Assembly: GCA_022447825.1 (NCBI GenBank)
Contig: JAKUTY010000001.1
Location: forward strand, 4,599-68,598
Origin: SAR202 cluster bacterium
Lineage (GTDB): Bacteria > Chloroflexota > Dehalococcoidia > Lucifugimonadales > UBA826
Direction: 5' to 3'
DNA: 64,000 bases
Positions 39,349 through 48,549 of the stretch are shown piece after piece (position 1 is the first letter of the stretch; every line of letters begins with the position of its first letter). The notes below the pieces were generated by a model. That model was given only the letters and a program-made list of their open reading frames with translations, was not told where the DNA came from and ran no database searches. The translations under genes were made by a program, and so were the position numbers.

Positions 39349-40854
39349 GTGGTAGATCAATTTAATTGGATTTTAACTATTGCAATATTTTTCCCAATCA
39401 TTGGGGGCATATCGTTATTGTTAATTCCTCAAAAAGAATATATTAAAATTTTTGCGATTTTGTTTGGAACAATCGAATTTATTTTATGTTCTTACATTTT
39501 CTTGTTCCAATTCACTAATGGAATTGGTGGACCTGTTTTAGTTGACTTAAATTCAACTTGGTTTCCAACCAACATTTTTAACGTTCAGTATTATTTGGGA
39601 GTGGATGGTATTAGTGCACCATTTGTCTTATTAACTGGGTTATTAGGATTAATCTCTATATTCGCATCATGGAATTTATCAAACGATCATCGAATTCGCG
39701 AACACTTTATGTGGTTATTGATCTTACAAGGAGCCGTAGTAGGAGTATTCACATCATTAGACTTTTTTATGTTTTTCATTTTTTGGGAATTAGAATTAAT
39801 TCCAATGTATTTTTTAATCTCGATTTGGGGATCAGGAAGAAAACATTACTCAGCTATGAAGTTCGTTATTTTTACTATATTGGGTAGTGCATTTATGCTG
39901 GTAGGAGTTTTAGGAATTTATTTCTCTACGGATTCTTTCAACATGATTGAATTGCCTGAAAAACTTGCTACAGCAAAATTAATTATTCCGGCATCTGTTC
40001 TTTTCTTACTAACAATTATAGGTTTTGCTGTTAAGTTACCTGTATTCCCTCTCCACACATGGTTACCAGATGCTCACACTGATGCTCCAACTGCTGCAAG
40101 TGTTATGTTAGCTGGAGTTTTATTGAAAATGGGTGGATACGGAATGCTAAGAGTTTCAGCATCTATGTTCCCCAATGAATTACATCAATTTGCTTGGATA
40201 CTAGCCCTACTGGGAACCATCAATATAATTTATGGAGCCGTGATTACAATCAGACAAACTGATCTAAAAAGATTGATTGCTTACAGTAGTGTAAGCCACA
40301 TGGGATTTGTACTACTCGGACTGTCAGCTGCATCTGGTGCAGGCGTTTCAATCGGAATCACTGGAGCATCAATGCAAATGTTCACTCACGGAACCATCAC
40401 TGGATTACTGTTTCTATCCATAGGATTTATATATGATAGAACACATACTAGATACATCCCGGACCTAAGTGGATTAGCACAAAACACGCCTTTTCTTGCT
40501 ACAGGTCTCATCATAGCAGGACTAGCATCATTGGGATTACCTGCAACTAGTGGATTCATAGCTGAAATCACTATATTCTTAGGTGCTTTTCAAACTTGGC
40601 CGATTTTTACTACAATTTCCGCATTTGGAGTAGTTTTAACTGCAGGATATGTTCTTTGGATGATTCAAAGATCTCTTTTTCAACATAAACTAGAAAAATT
40701 TAACACTTTAACAGACGCATCAATTGGAGAAATGTTTCCAATAATTGTATTAGTGATTTCAATTATCGGAATAGGAATTTTCCCATCAATTATTTCTGAT
40801 ATGTTCTCACTCGGTTTACAACCTATAATCTCAAATCTACAGGCAATTAATTAA
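39349..40854 (+). CDS. nuoM: NADH-quinone oxidoreductase subunit M
   Basis: Motifs WLPDAHTDAPTAASVMLAGVLLKMGGYG and AYSSVSHMGFV. GTG start follows GGAG. Confidence 0.95.
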   Translation: MVDQFNWILTIAIFFPIIGGISLLLIPQKEYIKIFAILFGTIEFILCSYIFLFQFTNGIGGPVLVDLNSTWFPTNIFNVQYYLGVDGISAPFVLLTGLLGLISIFASWNLSNDHRIREHFMWLLILQGAVVGVFTSLDFFMFFIFWELELIPMYFLISIWGSGRKHYSAMKFVIFTILGSAFMLVGVLGIYFSTDSFNMIELPEKLATAKLIIPASVLFLLTIIGFAVKLPVFPLHTWLPDAHTDAPTAASVMLAGVLLKMGGYGMLRVSASMFPNELHQFAWILALLGTINIIYGAVITIRQTDLKRLIAYSSVSHMGFVLLGLSAASGAGVSIGITGASMQMFTHGTITGLLFLSIGFIYDRTHTRYIPDLSGLAQNTPFLATGLIIAGLASLGLPATSGFIAEITIFLGAFQTWPIFTTISAFGVVLTAGYVLWMIQRSLFQHKLEKFNTLTDASIGEMFPIIVLVISIIGIGIFPSIISDMFSLGLQPIISNLQAIN

Positions 40855-42338
40855 TGAACAGTTTTATTACTACAGATGAATTATTACTTATAGCACCTGA
40901 GATCAGCATGGTGATTTTAGCTACATTAGTAATAATTTTAGACCTAGTTATAAAAAACAAATCAATTCTAAATTTTGTAGCTTCATTCGGATTATTAGTC
41001 CCAATAGCATTAAGCTTCAATTTATTGGACGGAACATCTCAATTTGCTTTTGCAGGTGCCCTAAGAGTGGACTATTTTGGAGTATTTTTTAAAATTATCA
41101 CTCTTTTTGCTACCCTGATTACTATATTAATCTCTGAAAAATATTCGAAAAAATTTGATGACTATCAAGGTGAATATTATGCATTAATTTTAATTTCTGC
41201 TTCTGGGATGATGCTTTTAGCATCATCCGTAGAATTTATCACTATATACATTGCACTTGAATTATCAGCATTACCTTTAGCTGCTCTTATTACTTTTATC
41301 AGAATTAGAAGCTCTGCCGAATCCGGTATCAAATTTATGGTTTTAAGTGCATTAAGTTCAGCAATTCTTCTATACGGAATGGTCTTAGTTTATGGTTTTA
41401 CCGGAACAACCTATATTGAGGATCTCTCTCAAATTATTAATAGATCCCTTATAAATTCAGAATTAACTTTTGGCGGAGGAGCCCTTCTATTAGGAGTAAT
41501 TCTAATTACATGCGGATTTGCTTTTAAAATCTCATCAGCACCTTTTCATATGTGGGCTCCCGATGTGTATGAAGGGGCTCCCACTCCCATAACTGCTTTC
41601 CTTTCTGTGGCTAGTAAAGCTGCTGGGTTTGCAGTAATTCTACGAATAGTGTATTCGTCTTTTTCAAATGAACAAATTGGAATGGACTGGTCTGTTCTTA
41701 TAGCTACTTTAAGTGCAATTTCTATGACTTTGGGTAATCTAATTGCAATTCAACAAACAAATATCAAACGATTGTTTGCTTACAGTACTATTGCCCAAGC
41801 TGGGTATATTATGGTTGGTTTAGCTGCGCTAAGCTCATTAGATGGAGGGCAGGATAATGCCGGACCTGCTGGAATATTATTCTATTTATTTGGGTATTTA
41901 TTAACTAACTTTGCAGCATTTACAGTGATTACACTGGTCTCGATAAATACAAATTCTGATTCAATATCTTCTTATTCAGGGTTACTCAAAAGATCTCGTC
42001 TACTTACATTAATTATGACTATATCTATGATTTCATTGATAGGATTACCACCTTCTGTTGGTTTTATGGCTAAAATTTATATTTTTGGGTCTGCTATGGA
42101 TACAGGGTTACAATGGCTTGCTATTTTCGGCGTTCTTAACAGTGTGGTTTCTGCATTTTACTATCTCAAAATTGTCAAAATCATGTTAATAGATGAAAAT
42201 GAGAATTCAGAAAAAATTCAATTAACTACAAATATGTCATTAGCAGGATTAAGTTGTGTTTTTGGTATAGTTATATTAGGAATTTTCCCTGGTTCAATAA
42301 TTGAAGTAGCTCATAGAGCTGTAGAATCAATAATTTAG
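40854..42338 (+). CDS. nuoN: NADH-quinone oxidoreductase subunit N
   Basis: Motifs APFHMWAPDVYEGAPTPITAF and AYSTIAQAGY. 1-nt overlap with the nuoM stop. Confidence 0.95.
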   Translation: MNSFITTDELLLIAPEISMVILATLVIILDLVIKNKSILNFVASFGLLVPIALSFNLLDGTSQFAFAGALRVDYFGVFFKIITLFATLITILISEKYSKKFDDYQGEYYALILISASGMMLLASSVEFITIYIALELSALPLAALITFIRIRSSAESGIKFMVLSALSSAILLYGMVLVYGFTGTTYIEDLSQIINRSLINSELTFGGGALLLGVILITCGFAFKISSAPFHMWAPDVYEGAPTPITAFLSVASKAAGFAVILRIVYSSFSNEQIGMDWSVLIATLSAISMTLGNLIAIQQTNIKRLFAYSTIAQAGYIMVGLAALSSLDGGQDNAGPAGILFYLFGYLLTNFAAFTVITLVSINTNSDSISSYSGLLKRSRLLTLIMTISMISLIGLPPSVGFMAKIYIFGSAMDTGLQWLAIFGVLNSVVSAFYYLKIVKIMLIDENENSEKIQLTTNMSLAGLSCVFGIVILGIFPGSIIEVAHRAVESII

Positions 42339-42343
42339 TCATA

Positions 42344-43228
42344 ATGGTAAATACTGAAAAAAAACTAATCGGATTCGTTCATAACTCAAAAGTTCCTGAC
42401 GCACTTCACTTGGCAAAATCTCTAATCACTAAGTTGAGATTATCAAATACTTGGGTCAGTTCAGCCGGAGAAATTCAAGAATTTGAAGATAAGTTTTCTG
42501 ATACTCACTCAGTGGTTATTATTGGTGGAGATGGAACTATTTTAAGAGCCTTAAGAGTCTTAAATAAGTTCAGTGTGCCTGTTATAGGTATAAAAATGGG
42601 GAAAATCGGATTTATGGCTGAATTGTCTCCTGAAAATTCTTATGAACTTCTTCCTAAATTTTTAGATAGTAAATTAAATGATGAAAATCTAATTCGAATT
42701 GAAAAAAGAATGATGCTTGAGGCAAATATCATTCAAGCAAATAGTACAGATTCCCGATTAACATTACACGCATTAAACGAAATTAGCGTGGGGAACAGTA
42801 AGGTCTCTCGTTTAGTGGAATTAGAAACTGCAGTAAATCATATTCATTTAACAAATTTCCGAGCAGACGCTGTAATAATCTCAACAGCCACAGGAAGTAC
42901 AGGATATGCTTTATCCGCAGGTGGCCCAATTATTTTTCCTGAAGCTGAAATGATGCTTCTACAACCTGTTGCAGCCCACACAGGATTAAGAGATGGTTTA
43001 ATTCTTGATCCTAAAACTATAATTGAATTAAAACCTTCTTTAGATTACGAAGCTTCAATCAGTGCAGATGGATTTGAAGACACCATTTTAAATCCTGGAG
43101 AAAAAGTTTTAGTAACTAAAAGTCCAAATAGTGCTTTATTTCTAAGAGCTCATCAACCTGATTTTTTTTACGAAGCCCTTAATATGCGATTAGGTTTAGC
43201 TTACAGAACTCAAAGACAAGAAGAATAA
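42344..43228 (+). CDS. nadK: NAD kinase
   Basis: GGDGTILRA motif and ATGSTGYALSAGGPI. Confidence 0.9.
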   Translation: MVNTEKKLIGFVHNSKVPDALHLAKSLITKLRLSNTWVSSAGEIQEFEDKFSDTHSVVIIGGDGTILRALRVLNKFSVPVIGIKMGKIGFMAELSPENSYELLPKFLDSKLNDENLIRIEKRMMLEANIIQANSTDSRLTLHALNEISVGNSKVSRLVELETAVNHIHLTNFRADAVIISTATGSTGYALSAGGPIIFPEAEMMLLQPVAAHTGLRDGLILDPKTIIELKPSLDYEASISADGFEDTILNPGEKVLVTKSPNSALFLRAHQPDFFYEALNMRLGLAYRTQRQEE

Positions 43229-43230
43229 AT

Positions 43231-43770
43231 ATGGATGATACTTCAAATAAAATTATTTCTTCAGAAAATCACTTCCAAGGCAAAGTATTTAATGTCCGAA
43301 CTGATAAGGTATTACTTGATCTAGGATTTGAAACTAATATAGATATTGTTGAACATAAACCTGCCGTGAGTATAGTCCCAATTGATGAAAATGAAAGACT
43401 AGTTATGGTGAGACAATATCGACACCCAGCATCAAGGAATTTACTCGAAATACCCGCGGGGATTATAGAAGATGGAGAAACACCAGAGCAAACTGCTTTG
43501 AGAGAATTGCAAGAAGAAACTGGATACACTTCTAAAAGTTTAAGATTAATGACAGGGTTTTGGTCTAGCCCAGGTTTTACAAATGAATACATGTATACAT
43601 ATATAGCAAAAGATCTTATCGAGAGTAAATTACCTCAAGATGAAGATGAAGATATATCAATTGAAAAAATACCTTTGGATCAAGTAGAAAGGCTCATCAA
43701 ATTTGGAGAAATAGAAGATGCGAAAAGTATTGCCTGCATTTTAATGGCAAAATTTTTATTCAACAAATAA
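43231..43770 (+). CDS. Nudix hydrolase (ADP-ribose pyrophosphatase-like)
   Basis: Nudix box GIIEDGETPEQTALRELQEETGY. Confidence 0.85.
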   Translation: MDDTSNKIISSENHFQGKVFNVRTDKVLLDLGFETNIDIVEHKPAVSIVPIDENERLVMVRQYRHPASRNLLEIPAGIIEDGETPEQTALRELQEETGYTSKSLRLMTGFWSSPGFTNEYMYTYIAKDLIESKLPQDEDEDISIEKIPLDQVERLIKFGEIEDAKSIACILMAKFLFNK

Positions 43771-43789
43771 GTAAAAATGAGAGGAATTT

Positions 43790-45169
43790 ATGTCTTTAGA
43801 TGATTTATTTAATCAAGTAGATAATCTTAAACAAGAAATAGTTCAATTAGAACAAGATTTAATCAAAATTCCTTCAGTGAACACTGGATTTATGCCTACA
43901 GGCAATGAAACGGAAGTTTGTCATTTTATTCAAAAATGGTTAAATCAATTTAATATTCAATCCGAGATTTTATCTTTAGATCCCAACAGAGGTAATTTAA
44001 TCGCTACATTACCAGGAAAATCAAATGTGCTTGGCTTACTTTTTATGTCCCATCTGGATGTTGTACCAGTAGAAGATGAGAATAAATGGGATTTCTCACC
44101 TTTTGGAGGAGAAATTTATAATGACAGAATTTATGGTAGAGGAGCAACAGATTGTAAAGGACTATTAACTTGTCAACTAATGGCACTTAGGATACTAAAA
44201 CAAAATAACATAGAACTAAATAACGGGTTATCCTTAATTTCGGGAGCTGACGAAGAGCATGGAGGAAGATATGGATTTGAATGGTTGGCAAAAACCCATC
44301 CTGAAAAACTGGATGCCCCATATGCAATAAACGAAGGTGGCGGCACTCCCATTGATTCAGCTGGGGCATTAAATTACATGTTGGGTGTAGGAGAGAAAGG
44401 TCGCTTACAAGTTGAATTTACAATTAAAGGATCTAGTGCTCATGCATATGTACCTTGGCAAGGAAATAATGCTTTATATTCCTTGGCACAACTACTATCT
44501 AATATAGAAAAATACGATGCTGAAAGAGATACTAGTACTAGTCTTTTTGAACATTTATCATCATTTGCAATCGAACATAAACCAGACCAATCCAATATAG
44601 ATGAAATTATTGAAGAACAATCAAAAGAAAACCCAAGATTTTCATCAATTTTAAAAGCACTGTCTAGAATGACTATTACCCCTACTATGGTAAATGGTGG
44701 AATCAAATCTAACAGTGTTCCAGAAACAATTTCATTAACATGCGATGTACGAACGTTACCTCACCAATCTGACTCATATCTTTCTGAAGAGATAGAAAAT
44801 ATTATAGAAAATATTCCGAATATCTCATACGAAATTGATTATATGGCAGTTCCTAATTCTTCAAATTTCGATACTAATTTAACAAATGCTATATCCAAAG
44901 CAACAAAAAATGCTCTTAAAAGAGATGATATTAACGTAATTCCATATATTTCAACTGGTTTTACAGATTCCAGATTTACTAGAGAATTAGGAGTGACAAC
45001 TTACGGTTACAGTGGATCAGATCCATCTGATGATCCTATGTTAGGGAATGCACATGGTACTAATGAATCCATAGGTATTAACAGTTTAATTTCTGGCACA
45101 AAAATAATGCTTCAAGTAGCTATTGAACTTTTATGTGATCAAAATCAATTAAACACTACATCTAGATAA
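43790..45169 (+). CDS. M20-family metallopeptidase (ArgE/DapE/ACY1/CPG2 type)
   Basis: Motifs SHLDVVP, GRGATDCKG and ADEEHGG. Confidence 0.85.
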   Translation: MSLDDLFNQVDNLKQEIVQLEQDLIKIPSVNTGFMPTGNETEVCHFIQKWLNQFNIQSEILSLDPNRGNLIATLPGKSNVLGLLFMSHLDVVPVEDENKWDFSPFGGEIYNDRIYGRGATDCKGLLTCQLMALRILKQNNIELNNGLSLISGADEEHGGRYGFEWLAKTHPEKLDAPYAINEGGGTPIDSAGALNYMLGVGEKGRLQVEFTIKGSSAHAYVPWQGNNALYSLAQLLSNIEKYDAERDTSTSLFEHLSSFAIEHKPDQSNIDEIIEEQSKENPRFSSILKALSRMTITPTMVNGGIKSNSVPETISLTCDVRTLPHQSDSYLSEEIENIIENIPNISYEIDYMAVPNSSNFDTNLTNAISKATKNALKRDDINVIPYISTGFTDSRFTRELGVTTYGYSGSDPSDDPMLGNAHGTNESIGINSLISGTKIMLQVAIELLCDQNQLNTTSR

Positions 45170-45237
45170 TTCTACAAAAGCAATTGGATTATATTGTATA
45201 AAGTGTTAAACTCAATCAAAATTGTTTTGAGAATAAT

Positions 45238-46107
45238 ATGTCTGGATTAACAAAGTTAGAAGATTCAAAAACCAAATTGCCCACTATGGTTGTTGCTTTT
45301 GCTGGATGGCCTGATGCTGCTGAAGCTGCTACTAGGGCCGTAAGATATATGGTTCGTAAATTAACTGAAACCAAAATTGCAGAAATTGATCCTGAAGAAT
45401 ACTACGACTTCACTGTTAATCGCCCTCAAACAAGAATGAATAGAAAAAAAGAAAGAATACTAAAATGGCCTTCAAACGAATTTTATCAAGTCATTAATGA
45501 AAATAATCCTGACAACAACCTTCTTCTATATGTAGGAACAGAACCAAATCTCAAATGGCGTACATTTTCTAACACCGTTTTAAGTGTCGCACAAGAACAT
45601 CAAGTAGAACTAATTATATCTTTAGGATCTCTTCTAGATGCTGTGCCGCATACAAGAGATATCCGAATTTCTGGTCGAGCTAGCAATAAAGAATTAAACA
45701 AAAAAGCTAGGTGGTTAGGTATTAAAAGTTCAGGATACCAAGGGCCTACGGGTATACATACAATTTTCTCTGAAGAATGTAATAAATTAGAAATTCCACA
45801 TGCAAATATTTGGAGCCACTGCCCTCATTATGTCCAAACCTCCCCTAACCCTTTAGCTAGTTACGCTCTTATAGAAAGGTTAAAAAGCTTAGTAGATGTA
45901 AACATAGACATGAGGGAATTAAGTATAGCATCTGAAATTTTTCAAGAGGAAATTTCCACAGCCATTTCAAAACAACCTGACGTAAAATCATACGTTTCTA
46001 AGTTGGAAGCAAAGTATGATGAAAATGTCATATCAATCCCTGATATGCCCACAGGTACAGATATGGTTAAAGAAATTGAAGATTTTCTACGTAGTCAGTC
46101 CAGTTAA
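45238..46107 (+). CDS. PAC2 (proteasome assembly chaperone 2-like) family protein
   Basis: N-terminal MVVAFAGWPDAAEAATRAVRYM pattern is typical of bacterial PAC2-family proteins. Confidence 0.7.
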   Translation: MSGLTKLEDSKTKLPTMVVAFAGWPDAAEAATRAVRYMVRKLTETKIAEIDPEEYYDFTVNRPQTRMNRKKERILKWPSNEFYQVINENNPDNNLLLYVGTEPNLKWRTFSNTVLSVAQEHQVELIISLGSLLDAVPHTRDIRISGRASNKELNKKARWLGIKSSGYQGPTGIHTIFSEECNKLEIPHANIWSHCPHYVQTSPNPLASYALIERLKSLVDVNIDMRELSIASEIFQEEISTAISKQPDVKSYVSKLEAKYDENVISIPDMPTGTDMVKEIEDFLRSQSS

Positions 46108-46117
46108 CATTTTTTAA

Positions 46118-46471
46118 TTGAGTTATCAAAGTGAAATAAGTCCTGATTATTATCAGGGTCTATTTACTCAATGGACCAGTAACCAAAATTTTCTTCCAGA
46201 TTTTCCCAACATTCAATCAGAGCAACTAGTCGCATTACATTTCATTATGATGGCATTTGAGGAAGATGTAGAATATACAGAAAGACAAATAGATGATGGA
46301 ATTATAGATAGGAATATTTTCTCCATAGACCACATTCAAATCAGAGTCTTTTTAGTCAAATTCGGCTTCTTGAACAAAATATTTAATCATGAAAAACAAA
46401 TTTACCAACTCTCAAATAAATTTCTCCAACACGCAAATTGGAACCCATTAATACCAGGAATCAGAAATTGA
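46118..46471 (+). CDS. Hypothetical protein, DUF2087-like
   Basis: The segment ALHFIMMAFEEDVEYTERQIDD...IRVFLVKFGFL resembles DUF2087. TTG start. Tentative. Confidence 0.4.
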   Translation: MSYQSEISPDYYQGLFTQWTSNQNFLPDFPNIQSEQLVALHFIMMAFEEDVEYTERQIDDGIIDRNIFSIDHIQIRVFLVKFGFLNKIFNHEKQIYQLSNKFLQHANWNPLIPGIRN

Positions 46472-47337
46472 TAACAGATACACTCAATACCAACAGAATT
46501 TCTATTTACTACAAAAAAGATGGTAACTCTTCTAAAAATCCTTATTTGCTAATACATGGATTAGCTTCAAATCACAGGATTTGGGACCTGATTTTCCCGT
46601 TTTTATCTGAAGATAGAGATGTAATAGCTATAGATGTACGTGGGCATGGTGAATCTGAAAAAACTCAAGACGGGTACGGGTTTGAAAGCATATCCTTAGA
46701 TTTATCTAGTTTCATTAATCAACTAGGTATTAAATCTCCAATATTAGTAGGACATTCATGGGGCGGGAGTATTGCTTTACACTATGCAGCAACTAATCCT
46801 AAATTAGTCAGCGGTTTAATCTTTATAGACGGTGGTCTAATCGATATATCTAGTATTCCTAACAATTCTTTGGAAAAGGCGTTAGTTGAAATGGCTCCCC
46901 CTATATTTACTGGCATAACTAAAGAACAATTAGTCGAAATGTTTGGAAACAGATCTTGGACAGACAGGGATTCTATTTCTTTAAAAGCAAATTTAAACGA
47001 AATAGCTATTTCTAAATTTAATACTAATCCTGATGGTACAGTAATAACTAAATTTTCAAGAGAAAGCCACCTAAATGTCATTAGAGAACTCTGGACTCAT
47101 AATCCAAGAGAATTTTTAACACAAATTCAATGCCCTACTCTTAATCTTCCTGCACGAATGGACCAAAATACTAATGATAGATTCCAAAGAAGAAATGAAC
47201 TAATCACATTTGCTGAATCTAATATCAAATCCTTTACAACTATTTGGTTAGAAAACAGCATTCATGATGTTCCACTACAACGCCCAATATTAGTAGCTGA
47301 CCATATTCTTAATTGGACAAAAAATAACAAACTTTAA
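46468..47337 (+). CDS. Alpha/beta-fold hydrolase
   Basis: Oxyanion LLIHGL, nucleophile elbow GHSWGG, C-terminal His (SIHDVP). The start is either TTG 46468 (TTGA overlap with the upstream stop) or TTG 46438. Confidence 0.8.
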   Translation: MITDTLNTNRISIYYKKDGNSSKNPYLLIHGLASNHRIWDLIFPFLSEDRDVIAIDVRGHGESEKTQDGYGFESISLDLSSFINQLGIKSPILVGHSWGGSIALHYAATNPKLVSGLIFIDGGLIDISSIPNNSLEKALVEMAPPIFTGITKEQLVEMFGNRSWTDRDSISLKANLNEIAISKFNTNPDGTVITKFSRESHLNVIRELWTHNPREFLTQIQCPTLNLPARMDQNTNDRFQRRNELITFAESNIKSFTTIWLENSIHDVPLQRPILVADHILNWTKNNKL

Positions 47338-47424
47338 TTTTATTATTCTGATAAATATTTGCCGGTAACACTGAAATGACTATATTCCTATAGCAAAGAA
47401 TAAAATCATTAATATATTTCCTTA

Positions 47425-47673
47425 TTAATCTTCTATATCAGATAAAAAATAATAAGGAACATTCCAAACACCCAACCAACCCATATCAACTAACGCTTTA
47501 TTAGCATATTTTTTGGTTACCACACCTTTACTACCTAAAATAGGACCACCGGAAATATTACCGCAATAAAGCACTTCTTGACCATGCATCACATTAGATG
47601 CAGTCATAAATTTTTTCTTTGAATACAAATTCCTATCAATAGGAAATTCCATTTGTATATTAGTATTTAACAT
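47425..47673 (-). CDS. Hypothetical 82-aa protein (no recognisable family)
   Basis: ATG is preceded by AGGAG (5-nt spacer) and a near-consensus promoter. I recognise no motif. Confidence 0.55.
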   Translation of the reverse strand: MLNTNIQMEFPIDRNLYSKKKFMTASNVMHGQEVLYCGNISGGPILGSKGVVTKKYANKALVDMGWLGVWNVPYYFLSDIED

Positions 47674-47698
47674 TTATTCTCCTAATACTGTTTAGAAC

Positions 47699-47727
47699 AT
47701 TTTAGAACAGAACAAGTGTTCTGTCAA
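47699..47727 (-). promoter_or_regulatory. Near-consensus promoter with an embedded GAAC-N4-GTTC (Cheo/LexA-type) operator
   Basis: The minus strand reads TTGACA-GAACACTTGTTCTGTTC-TAAAAT (17-nt spacer). The spacer contains the palindrome CAGAAC-N4-GTTCTG (47708-47723). Confidence 0.55.
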
Positions 47728-47780
47728 CAATTTAGATCTAAATATTGCTACAATCTGTTCAGCAATATACTGAGGAAAAA

Positions 47781-48536
47781 ATGACAGACAGATTAAAGGA
47801 AAAAGTAGCTTTAATTACAGGTGCATCTACCGGAATAGGAGCAGGAATATCAGAACTTTTTGCAAAAGAGGGCTGCTCAATCATTTTGGCAGACAAAAAT
47901 ATTGATGAAGCAAAACATTTATGCGATGAAATATCTAAATTTAACCCTAACTGCCTAGCATTAAATTTAGATGTCACATTAGAACAAAATTGGATAGAAG
48001 TAATTCAAAAATCAATCATAAGATTTGGTAAAATTAATATTTTAGTTAATAATGCAGGTATTTACAGCAGAAAGCCCGTAGAACAAACAGAATTAAATGA
48101 ATTTGAAGAAATTCTTAAAGTCAACCTCAACGGAACATTCTTAGGAACAAAACACGTAATACCTGAAATGAGGAGAAATAAAAAAGGGTCAATCATAAAC
48201 ATGTCTTCCACAGCAGGATTAGTAGGAAATATTGGAAGCGGAGCCTATGGAGCATCAAAAGGAGGTATAAAAATATTTACAAAATATGCCGCTTTGCAAC
48301 ATGCACATGAAAATATCAGAGTAAACTCTATTCACCCTGGCCCCATAGACACTAAAATGATTTCTGAAAATCTATCAACACCATCAAATACAAATAAAGT
48401 TATATCAAAAATACCATTAAAACGCATTGGGACTGTAAATGACGTAGCTATGGGAGTATTATTTCTAGCATCCGATGAATCATCCTATATAACTGGAGCA
48501 GAACTAGTTATAGACGGAGGCTTAACATCAATATAA
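47781..48536 (+). CDS. Short-chain dehydrogenase/reductase (SDR) family oxidoreductase
   Basis: TGASTGIG cofactor motif, NNAG, catalytic YGASKGG. ATG 47781 follows GAGGA; the ORF track starts at TTG 47745. Confidence 0.9.
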   Translation: MTDRLKEKVALITGASTGIGAGISELFAKEGCSIILADKNIDEAKHLCDEISKFNPNCLALNLDVTLEQNWIEVIQKSIIRFGKINILVNNAGIYSRKPVEQTELNEFEEILKVNLNGTFLGTKHVIPEMRRNKKGSIINMSSTAGLVGNIGSGAYGASKGGIKIFTKYAALQHAHENIRVNSIHPGPIDTKMISENLSTPSNTNKVISKIPLKRIGTVNDVAMGVLFLASDESSYITGAELVIDGGLTSI

Positions 48537-48549
48537 TGAGCGAGGCTGT

